Shown: piece after piece, positions 25,424 through 32,000 of the stretch
Layout: every line of letters begins with the position of its first letter
How positions within the stretch are numbered: position 1 is the stretch's first letter
DNA from: Coprobacillaceae bacterium
GTDB lineage: Bacteria > Bacillota_I > Bacilli_A > Erysipelotrichales > Coprobacillaceae
DNA length: 32,000 nt
Reading direction: 5' to 3'
Assembly: GCA_963675915.1 (NCBI GenBank)
Contig: OY780959.1
Span: 1-32,000 of the forward strand
Position numbers and translations under genes: made by a program
Notes under the pieces: model-generated
The model's database searches: none
What the model was told of the DNA's origin: nothing
What the model saw: only the letters and a program-made list of their open reading frames with translations

Positions 25424-25665
25424 TGTTGAAATTCGAAAAAGCGAAAAAGGACCAGAAAATAAGGGAGTTGCAGTACTACTATGCAAAAAACTTTGACGAG
25501 GATATCGGACTGATCAAGGCAGAACAGATTTTTGATTTTTTTGTCAGCCTGATCGGTGATGAAATCTACAATCAGGGACTCGATGATGCCAGTGACTTTT
25601 TGAAAAAGCAACTTGGTGAAGTTCAGTTTGAGTATTATAATCTTTACCGTGGTGACGAGTATTGA
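25423..25665 (+). CDS. DUF2164-like small protein
   Basis: 80 aa with IGLIKAEQIFDFFVSLIGDEIYNQG, matching the remembered DUF2164 signature (IG.L.A..LLDFF...IGP.IYNQ). The ATG overlaps the upstream stop (TGATG). Confidence 0.65.
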   Translation: MLKFEKAKKDQKIRELQYYYAKNFDEDIGLIKAEQIFDFFVSLIGDEIYNQGLDDASDFLKKQLGEVQFEYYNLYRGDEY

Positions 25666-25710
25666 AAAACCGGCCCGTTTGAGCTGATTGCTTTGACAGG
25701 CCGGTTTTTT
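25665..25710. terminator. Bidirectional terminator between convergent genes
   Basis: AAAAACCGGCC-23 nt loop-GGCCGGTTTTTT. Confidence 0.75.
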
Positions 25711-25797
25711 CGTATCCGGCGGTCTATAAACAAAAAAACTCATAACCGCTTCGAGGACCATATTTGGTCTTCAAAGGTGATTATGAGCAATTATAAT

Positions 25798-26859
25798 TTA
25801 TTTGATGGTGCTTTCAATCAATCCACCGCCAAGAATGACACCGTCTTCGTTGTAGAATACCAGTGCTTGGCCAGGGGTGATAGCCCGCTGTTTGTCCTCG
25901 AAGATGCACTTATAGGTATCTTCGTCAATCTTGGTGATGACACAGTTACTCGGTCTTTGCGAATATCTCGCTTTGGCCTGGCATATTAAAGTATCATCAA
26001 TGTTTTCGATTCCCATGAAATTGACCTGATTGAAAATACAACCACGGTCGAACAAATCTTCATTGTCGCCAAGGGTGATCTCATTGGTTTTAGCGTTGAT
26101 ATCGATGACAAAAGCTTTTTTGTTCAAATTGATATCAAGTCCCTTACGTTGGCCGATTGTGTATTTGGCGATTCCTTTGTGGCGGCCAATTACATTTCCA
26201 TTAGTATCAACGTAATTTCCTTCCGGGAATTTGCGATGGGTATACTCTTCGATGAAGGTGATGTAATCGTCTTTTTTAACAAAACAGATTTCCTGAGAAT
26301 CGGATTTTACAGCGATTCTGGCGTTGATGTTTTGGGCTATTTCCCTAACTTCGTCTTTTTCGAGGTCGGCCAGCGGGAACAAGGTTCGTTTGAGCTGGTC
26401 TTGAGTCAGATTGAAAAGCATATAAGTCTGATCTTTGGTTGCGGTCTTGGCATGCTTGATGGCATAGCGGCCGTTATCCAACTGGACTATTCTGGCGTAA
26501 TGTCCGGTTGCCACATAATCGAAATCAATTCCGACTTTTTCATGAAGCAACATTCCCCATTTGATTTTGCGGTTGCAGATCACACAAGGGTTCGGGGTGC
26601 GGCCATTAAGGTATTCATCAACGAAATAATCGATGACATTTTCCTGAAAATCTTCGCGAAGATCAACTACTTTAAGTTCGATTCCAAGAGTGTCGCAGAC
26701 TTTTTTTGCGTCAGCCAGGTCTTTTGGTTCACCTTGGGATTTAGGCAAAGTTATCATATGAACACCAGTCACGTGGTAACCTTGTTGCAATAAAAGATAG
26801 GCAGTTACCGATGAATCAACGCCACCGCTCATGCCTACAAGTACATGTTTCTTTTCCAT
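25798..26859 (-). CDS. mnmA: tRNA 2-thiouridine(34) synthase
   Basis: HVLVGMSGGVDSSV PP-loop, NPCVICN, typical 353-aa length, SD GGAGGA. Confidence 0.95.
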   Translation of the reverse strand: MEKKHVLVGMSGGVDSSVTAYLLLQQGYHVTGVHMITLPKSQGEPKDLADAKKVCDTLGIELKVVDLREDFQENVIDYFVDEYLNGRTPNPCVICNRKIKWGMLLHEKVGIDFDYVATGHYARIVQLDNGRYAIKHAKTATKDQTYMLFNLTQDQLKRTLFPLADLEKDEVREIAQNINARIAVKSDSQEICFVKKDDYITFIEEYTHRKFPEGNYVDTNGNVIGRHKGIAKYTIGQRKGLDINLNKKAFVIDINAKTNEITLGDNEDLFDRGCIFNQVNFMGIENIDDTLICQAKARYSQRPSNCVITKIDEDTYKCIFEDKQRAITPGQALVFYNEDGVILGGGLIESTIK

Positions 26860-27007
26860 AATATTCCTCCATTAAATCACAGCTAAAAGATTTAAAAGAT
26901 CCAAAGCTATTGAATGTACTGTAATACTATAACATAAATCGTAAAAATGTAAATAATAAAAAAGCTTGATAAAAACAGGATATTATATCTTGATACCGGA
27001 CTGACAA

Positions 27008-27031
27008 CAAAAAAACACCCATTGGGTGTTT
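27008..27031 (-). terminator. Intrinsic terminator of the ABC operon
   Basis: On the minus strand: AAACACCC-aat-GGGTGTTT followed by T-rich TTTTTGTTGT. It starts within the stop codon. Confidence 0.75.
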
Positions 27032-27827
27032 AGTCGACCAGTAACATACGGTCGTTGGCGAATGACTCGTGGTTGACTTCTTCAAATTTCTTGAGCAAGT
27101 CACTGACAGTAAGATTTTTCTTTTCCTCTCCGGAAACATCATAGACGATTTCTCCTTTGTTCATCATGATCAGCCGATTGCCGATGGCAATGGCGTCATT
27201 CATGTTGTGAGTTACCATCAAAGCAGTCAGGTTGTTTTGGGCAACGATGTCGGTAGTCAACTCCAGTACTTTCTTGGCGGTACGGGGGTCGAGTGCAGCT
27301 GTATGTTCATCGAGCAAAAGCAGTTTGGGCTTCTTCAAGGTTGCCATCAACAAAGTCAGCGCCTGACGTTGTCCTCCTGAAAGCAGTCCGACTTTGGAAG
27401 TCAGACGGTCTTCAAGACCCAAGTCGAGTTTTTTAAGCGCGTTGTAATAGATTTCTTTTTCATTGGCTTTGATACCCCATGAAAGTCCACGTTTTTTGCC
27501 TCTTCGGTAGGCCAGGGCCAGGTTTTCGATGATTTCCAGGTTCGTCGCCGTTCCCATCATCGGATCCTGGAATACCCGGCCGATATTGTGGGCAATCTGA
27601 TCTTCTCTTTTCAATGATACATCTTCATCATCAAGATAGATGTGCCCGCAGTCGATGCTGTATACACCTGCGATAATATTGAGCATTGTCGATTTTCCTG
27701 CTCCGTTTCCGCCGATGATAGTGATGAAATCACCCTCATTGACTGTAAGCGAAATATTCTTAAGAGCTTTTTTCTCGTTGATAGTACCGAGATTAAATGT
27801 TTTGGAAATGTTATTTATCTTCAGCAT
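27030..27827 (-). CDS. ABC transporter ATP-binding protein
   Basis: Walker A GGNGAGKST, signature LSGGQRQAL, Walker B LLLDEHTAALD. ATG 7 nt after AAAGGAG and overlapping the end of the permease gene. Confidence 0.92.
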   Translation of the reverse strand: MLKINNISKTFNLGTINEKKALKNISLTVNEGDFITIIGGNGAGKSTMLNIIAGVYSIDCGHIYLDDEDVSLKREDQIAHNIGRVFQDPMMGTATNLEIIENLALAYRRGKKRGLSWGIKANEKEIYYNALKKLDLGLEDRLTSKVGLLSGGQRQALTLLMATLKKPKLLLLDEHTAALDPRTAKKVLELTTDIVAQNNLTALMVTHNMNDAIAIGNRLIMMNKGEIVYDVSGEEKKNLTVSDLLKKFEEVNHESFANDRMLLVD

Positions 27828-28737
27828 TGTCAAGCTCCTTTGTCATTTTTTTGTAGTTGGTCACCTGACGGCGTTTGGCGATGAATGTCGGTACCGCCAA
27901 AGCTATTGCCACTAACAGCGCGGTGAACAACTTGAGATCATCAGTTGAAAGTCCAGCTTGAAGCACCAGGGAAATGATGATCCGATAGATCACCGAACCG
28001 ACAATGATTGCGATCAATGTAACGAAAAAGTTGACTCCTTTGGAAATCAAAACTTCCCCGATTACAATTGAAGCCAGGGCGATTACGATGGCCCCGATTC
28101 CCATTTTGATATCGGCATATCCTTGGGATTGGGTCACGATGGCCCCGGAAAAACCGATCAGACCGTTGGAAAGCATCAATCCGATCATTTTGGTCATATT
28201 GGTGTTGACACCAAGCGAACGGACCATTTTCTCGTTGTTTCCGGTTGCCCGAATGGCACTTCCCAGTTCGGTTCCAAAAAACCAATAACAGATTCCGACA
28301 ATCAATCCGGCAGAAATGATTCCGATAACCATTACATTCCAGTTGTTTGAAAGGTCAAGGAAGTTATAGTCCTTGAACAGGTTGTTGGTTCTAAGCAAGG
28401 GCAGGTTCGAACGCCCCATGATTCTAAGGTTGATCGAATAAAGCCCGATTTGGGTCAGGATCCCCGCCAGTATGGCCGGGATATCGAATTTGGTATGCAG
28501 GATACCGGTGATTGCTCCGGCAATGAAACCGGCAATTGTCGCTAATAAGATGGCTAAGATTGGGTTGATTCCATTAGTCAACGCTACTGCGCAGACAGCT
28601 CCTCCGGTTGCGAAGGAACCATCCACCGTTAAATCGGGAATGTCCAATAGCCTAAAAGTAATAAAAACGCCTAGGGCCATGACACCCCAGAGGATGCCTT
28701 GGCCGACAGCGCTTTGTACTGCAAGTAAAAAAGCCAC
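27811..28737 (-). CDS. ABC transporter permease (single-permease type that partners PF04392 binding proteins)
   Basis: About 8-9 hydrophobic segments with N-terminal ILWGVMALGVFITFRLLDIPDLTVDGSF. The GTG start overlaps the binding-protein stop (TAGTG). Confidence 0.88.
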   Translation of the reverse strand: MAFLLAVQSAVGQGILWGVMALGVFITFRLLDIPDLTVDGSFATGGAVCAVALTNGINPILAILLATIAGFIAGAITGILHTKFDIPAILAGILTQIGLYSINLRIMGRSNLPLLRTNNLFKDYNFLDLSNNWNVMVIGIISAGLIVGICYWFFGTELGSAIRATGNNEKMVRSLGVNTNMTKMIGLMLSNGLIGFSGAIVTQSQGYADIKMGIGAIVIALASIVIGEVLISKGVNFFVTLIAIIVGSVIYRIIISLVLQAGLSTDDLKLFTALLVAIALAVPTFIAKRRQVTNYKKMTKELDNAEDK

Positions 28738-29699
28738 TATTCTACGAAGTTAGCTTGTGATGACAAACTTTCAGGGATGGTAATTCCCAGTAAATCAGCA
28801 GTAGTCTGATTGATTGTAAGTTCACAGTCTTCCTTGTCAAGATATACGATTGGCATAGTTGCCGGATTAGTACCGTTTTGAAGAATTTCGATCGCCTGTT
28901 GACCAGCTAAATATCCCAGCTCGTAATAATCGATTCCGTAAGTTGCCAAACCACCATTAGAAACCATTCCGGCTTCACCGACGATAGTTGGGATGTTGTT
29001 TTCGTTACATACCATGGCAACTGTCTGCATGGCATCAGCCAGCAGGTTGTCAGTCGGGATGTAAATCGCATCAACTGCACCAATCGCTGATTCAACAACC
29101 TGTTGGATCACGTTTGAATCAGATACGGTATATGCCTGATATTCCATCCCCAATGCTTCGATTGCTGCTTGGGCAATGTTGGCTTGGAAGATCGAGTTGT
29201 CTTCCGATGAGTTGTACATAACGCCGATTGTTGTTGCTTCAGGAAGCAATTCTTTCAACAATTCGATCTGTTCTTTGATTGGGGTCAGGTCCGAAGCTCC
29301 AGTTACGTTAGTTCCTGATTCCTCGTTAGAAAGTACCAATCCTGAAGATTCCGGATCAGTAACCGCACTGATGACAATTGGGATGTCTTCGGTCTTGCTG
29401 GAAACCGACTGAGCTGCCGGGGTTGCAATTGCGTAAACCATGTCAACGCCATCATTGATGAATTTTGAAGCAATTGTATCACAGTTGGAAATGTCCGCCT
29501 GTGCGTTTTGGTCGTCATAAGTAACATCGATTCCCGCGTCTGCCAACGCGTCTTTGAATCCTTGGTTGGTTGCATCCAGGGCCGGATGCTGAACGTATTG
29601 GATGATACCAATAGTTGTGTCGGCAGATGATGTGCTTGAGCACGCGCCAAGTGCCAAAGCCATCGTTGCTACCAACAATGATTTGAATATTTTTTTCAT
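28737..29699 (-). CDS. ABC transporter substrate-binding lipoprotein (ABC_sub_bind / PF04392-like)
   Basis: Start at MKKIFKSLL with SD AAGGAAG and lipobox LALGAC. IGIIQYVQHPALD...GF and TNVTG fit the family. The upstream extension to 29843 has no SD. Confidence 0.88.
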   Translation of the reverse strand: MKKIFKSLLVATMALALGACSSTSSADTTIGIIQYVQHPALDATNQGFKDALADAGIDVTYDDQNAQADISNCDTIASKFINDGVDMVYAIATPAAQSVSSKTEDIPIVISAVTDPESSGLVLSNEESGTNVTGASDLTPIKEQIELLKELLPEATTIGVMYNSSEDNSIFQANIAQAAIEALGMEYQAYTVSDSNVIQQVVESAIGAVDAIYIPTDNLLADAMQTVAMVCNENNIPTIVGEAGMVSNGGLATYGIDYYELGYLAGQQAIEILQNGTNPATMPIVYLDKEDCELTINQTTADLLGITIPESLSSQANFVE

Positions 29700-29747
29700 A
29701 ATCTCTTCCTTCACTTTCTCCTTGTATTTTAGATGAAGATATATCTT

Positions 29748-29776
29748 ATAATATGCAATTATTGGACGACAGTCAA
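29748..29776 (-). promoter_or_regulatory. Putative sigma-A promoter of the ABC operon
   Basis: On the minus strand: TTGACT-17 nt-TATTAT, about 50 nt upstream of the start codon. Confidence 0.55.
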
Positions 29777-29860
29777 TAATATTTAGCAATACGCCAAATA
29801 AAGGGGGATGAGTTTTTAAAAACAACGAAAAGTCACCCTGCAATTAATGATGCATATTTG

Positions 29861-29889
29861 TTGATAAAAAGGGGAATCAATGCTAAAAT
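29861..29889 (+). promoter_or_regulatory. Putative plus-strand sigma-A promoter with no downstream ORF
   Basis: TTGATA-17 nt-TAAAAT. Confidence 0.4.
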
Positions 29890-29893
29890 ACAA

Positions 29894-29913
29894 TTGTTAG
29901 AAATATCTAACAA
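29894..29913. promoter_or_regulatory. Perfect 8-4-8 palindrome, candidate operator
   Basis: TTGTTAGA-aata-TCTAACAA, starting 5 nt after the putative -10. Confidence 0.4.
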
Positions 29914-30016
29914 CTATACATTTTATCTTTTAGAATTTCTTATCTTATCATAATCTTATCGAGATAAGACGGGCTTATTAACTCCTTTTAATAGCACATG
30001 TATTACACAGTGATTT

Positions 30017-30068
30017 GCATTGGCAAGAGGTCTGGCTTTAAATTAGGTCGGACCCTCTTGTTTGATGC
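30017..30068 (+). ncRNA. Long irregular hairpin, core of a candidate ~230-nt plus-strand small RNA (29896-30122)
   Basis: 20 base pairs with two single-nucleotide bulges. Five pairs are G-U only on the plus strand and would be C-A mismatches on the minus strand. Confidence 0.3.
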
Positions 30069-30093
30069 AAGCTTGGAACAGTTGTCGGATATG

Positions 30094-30122
30094 AAAAAAC
30101 GTCCTTGCGGGGACGTTTTTTT
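30094..30122. terminator. Bidirectional intrinsic terminator
   Basis: AAAAAACGTCC-ttgcgg-GGACGTTTTTTT, immediately after the stop of the minus-strand gene 30131-30760. Confidence 0.8.
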
Positions 30123-30130
30123 GGTTCATA

Positions 30131-30760
30131 TTATTTTTTGTTTTTTGGTTGAGGATCGGTTACGCCCTCAAGAGCACCATTGGCGATTGCTGTAAGATAT
30201 AAGGCTGCAACCTGACCATGAGGTTGGTAGCGTTTGCTATAACGTTCGAACTTGGCATCATCGATAGCACGGTGACGGTACAACATTCTCATACCTTTTA
30301 AGATCAGCTCGTTATCCTGAGAGATTTCAGGGACGGCACCACTGTTTTCACTTTTGAAAACTTCGATTCCTTTTTCGCTCATTCCTGGAATTTTTTCCAG
30401 TTCCTGATCCAACTCGATGCCGCTAAGGGCTGCGATGTTTTCAAGATTGATGTGGCGACGGTAAACTCTTGTGGCCAGATCTTTGATGTAGAGTGCCTGA
30501 GCATAAGTCATTCCGTAGTTTTGAAGTTTCTTCTCTTTGGATTTAACAAGATTACGAGGCGATAAATCTTTTAAATCTGCTTCGATGTTAGCGTAAATTT
30601 CCTCATAATTGTCAGCTGAAGCCAGGATGGCTTTGACAATTGTTTGGAAAGGATTAGTGTCTGATACATCGATGAAACCGATTTTTTGAATCGCTTCTTT
30701 GAATTTTTTATCTTTTTTTGACAAGTAGTCGATTTCTTCTTGCGTATAAGTAAAGCTCAT
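30131..30760 (-). CDS. HhH-GPD superfamily protein (DNA-3-methyladenine glycosylase II-like), divergent
   Basis: 209 aa with a helix-hairpin-helix-like LEKIPGMSEKGIEVF, an Asp about 18 residues later (ISQDNELILKG) and C-terminal PHGQVAALYL. The usual QQ-containing helix is not conserved. Confidence 0.5.
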   Translation of the reverse strand: MSFTYTQEEIDYLSKKDKKFKEAIQKIGFIDVSDTNPFQTIVKAILASADNYEEIYANIEADLKDLSPRNLVKSKEKKLQNYGMTYAQALYIKDLATRVYRRHINLENIAALSGIELDQELEKIPGMSEKGIEVFKSENSGAVPEISQDNELILKGMRMLYRHRAIDDAKFERYSKRYQPHGQVAALYLTAIANGALEGVTDPQPKNKK

Positions 30761-30902
30761 TATTAATACCTCCTATAATGACAACTTGACTATCATAACA
30801 TAATTATATTGGAAATACCAGTCATTATTAAAAGGGAGTAATTCGCCAAATCAAATAGATACTGTGAAAATAGACACAATATAAAGTTTTTTGGGCCATA
30901 TG

Positions 30903-30931
30903 TTGTATTTTGGGACATTCGGTAGTATAAT
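30903..30931 (+). promoter_or_regulatory. Putative sigma-A promoter
   Basis: TTGTAT-17 nt-TATAAT, 22 nt upstream of the ATG at 30953. Confidence 0.5.
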
Positions 30932-30952
30932 TAATTTAGAAACGGAGGCGAT

Positions 30953-31516
30953 ATGATGCTAGATAATAAAACTATCGTCGTGTATGGATTACCTTCTAAT
31001 GAAGTCAATTTGATTCAAAGAGCCAGTCTGGATTTCAAAGTTGATCTTATAACCTTGAAAACCTTCAATGAACTTTATGATAATGACTACTTCCTGGCAG
31101 TTTTGAACATCAATGAGTTAAGTGGTGAAGAACTTGACGGATTCACAGATTATTTAGAAAACATTGATCCAAACTTAACGACAAAAGTTGTTCTGGATGC
31201 TGAAAAAAGAAATTTGAGTGACTATAATAATTATATTTCTTTTACCAGTTTTCAAGGCATTGAAAATGAATTGAGCGTTTTAGTGAAAAAGGCGGTCCAG
31301 AAAGCCAAACGAGAGTTGAACAGTGCCAACAACAGTTTGAAACTTCTTACAATTTATAATTACCTGCAAAAAAACAGCGGAAGCGCCAAGGAAATCGCCG
31401 CGGCAACCAAGTTGGAGTTCAAGGAAGTGAAAAGATACCTGGGTGTGATCCAAATTATTTGCAAGGATATTCAATTTGACAAAGATAATAATAGCTATTT
31501 TAAAAAGGGAAATTAA
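30953..31516 (+). CDS. Hypothetical protein with a C-terminal winged-helix-like segment
   Basis: 187 aa, SD GGAGG. The C-terminus LLTIYNYLQKNSGSAKEIAAATKLEFKEVKRYLGVIQ looks like a wHTH. No family recognised. Confidence 0.6.
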   Translation: MMLDNKTIVVYGLPSNEVNLIQRASLDFKVDLITLKTFNELYDNDYFLAVLNINELSGEELDGFTDYLENIDPNLTTKVVLDAEKRNLSDYNNYISFTSFQGIENELSVLVKKAVQKAKRELNSANNSLKLLTIYNYLQKNSGSAKEIAAATKLEFKEVKRYLGVIQIICKDIQFDKDNNSYFKKGN

Positions 31517-31546
31517 TATTTCCTTTTTTTATCGGAATTTTTCGGG

Positions 31547-31575
31547 TTGACATGATATCTCATTTTAGCTATTAT
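31547..31575 (+). promoter_or_regulatory. Putative sigma-A promoter of prfC
   Basis: TTGACA-17 nt-TATTAT, preceded by a short hairpin plus T7 (GGAAAT-taat-ATTTCC) that overlaps the upstream stop. Confidence 0.6.
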
Positions 31576-31599
31576 TAGGAATACTGGAGGAAATGTGAA

Positions 31600-32000
31600 A
31601 TGAGCGATTTTATTAATGAAATTAACCGTCGTCGTACCTTTGCGATAATATCCCATCCCGATGCAGGGAAGACGACATTGACAGAAAAATTCTTATTGTA
31701 CGGGGGAGCGATTCAGCTGGCCGGGACAGTAAAAGGGAAAAAGAATTCCCGTCATGCGACTAGTGACTGGATGGAAATCGAGAAACAAAGAGGGATCTCG
31801 GTTACCTCATCGGTATTGCAGTTCGAGTACGATGGCTATTGCATCAATATCCTGGATACACCGGGCCATCAGGATTTCTCGGAAGATACTTACCGGACAT
31901 TGATGGCGGCTGATTGTGCCGTGATGGTAATCGATGCTTCAAAAGGGGTCGAAGCCCAAACTAGAAAACTTTTCAAAGTATGTACAATGAGAAATATTCC
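31600..32000 (+). CDS. prfC: Peptide chain release factor 3, 5' part (runs off the right edge)
   Basis: Not in the ORF track because no stop falls in the window. [30 protein letters not shown]...[13 protein letters not shown]...[16 protein letters not shown] 9 nt upstream. Confidence 0.93.
   Translation, partial: MSDFINEINRRRTFAIISHPDAGKTTLTEKFLLYGGAIQLAGTVKGKKNSRHATSDWMEIEKQRGISVTSSVLQFEYDGYCINILDTPGHQDFSEDTYRTLMAADCAVMVIDASKGVEAQTRKLFKVCTMRNI

Noticed and set aside
26149-26793. 214-aa plus-strand ORF inside mnmA
   Set aside because: It is antisense to a clear MnmA gene. It is a shadow ORF with no RBS.
29939-29969. Fur/PerR/Zur-type box in the CTTATC repeat cluster
   Set aside because: It is superficially GATAA-rich but does not fit the 7-1-7 TGATAATnATTATCA arrangement in any register.
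29700-30130. T-box leader for the ABC operon (AAATTAGGTCGGACCCTC vaguely resembles the T-box sequence)
   Set aside because: The resemblance is on the plus strand, while the operon is on the minus strand. The invariant GGGTGGTACCGCG core is not matched. A strong promoter sits only about 50 nt from the start codon.
29998-30195. 65-aa plus-strand ORF in the intergenic region
   Set aside because: It has no SD, runs straight through a strong terminator hairpin and overlaps the 3' end of the opposite-strand gene.

Overview
This is a chromosomal window from a low-GC, Gram-positive-type bacterium. Supporting signs are Shine-Dalgarno sites, lipoboxes, sigma-A-like promoters, intrinsic terminators and TGA used as a stop codon. 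All family names come from motifs read by eye; no database search was possible.

Contents from left to right:
1. The 3' end of an unidentified gene (3-161).
2. A complete 2275-bp ISL3-family insertion sequence (206-2480) with an 8-bp target duplication. It sits inside the bidirectional terminator between two convergent genes.
3. An envelope cluster. It has two minus-strand lipoprotein genes built from five copies of a ~318-aa module (unknown beta-rich domain plus GerMN-like domain). These include a nearly perfect 951-bp in-frame tandem duplication. Next come two small lipoproteins and an 11-TM membrane protein that share a C-terminal domain, then a cytoplasmic GAF-PAS-GGDEF diguanylate cyclase.
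4. Housekeeping genes: a DUF2721-like membrane protein, a D-2-hydroxyacid dehydrogenase and uridine phosphorylase.
5. A mannitol-family PTS locus in two MtlR-operator-bearing transcription units. It contains mtlA, a divergent second EIICB, mtlR, an inserted nitroreductase, mtlF, a 1-phosphofructokinase-like kinase and a SorE-like Zn dehydrogenase. No mtlD is visible.
6. An alpha/beta hydrolase with a coupled DUF2164 gene, mnmA, and a PF04392-type ABC importer.
7. An intergenic region that looks like a small structured plus-strand RNA gene.
8. An HhH-GPD glycosylase-like gene, an orphan wHTH protein and the 5' part of prfC.

No rRNA, tRNA or CRISPR array was seen. The most interesting items are the MtlD-less mtl-type pathway, the modular GerMN lipoprotein array, and the domain shared between the lipoproteins and the polytopic membrane protein.
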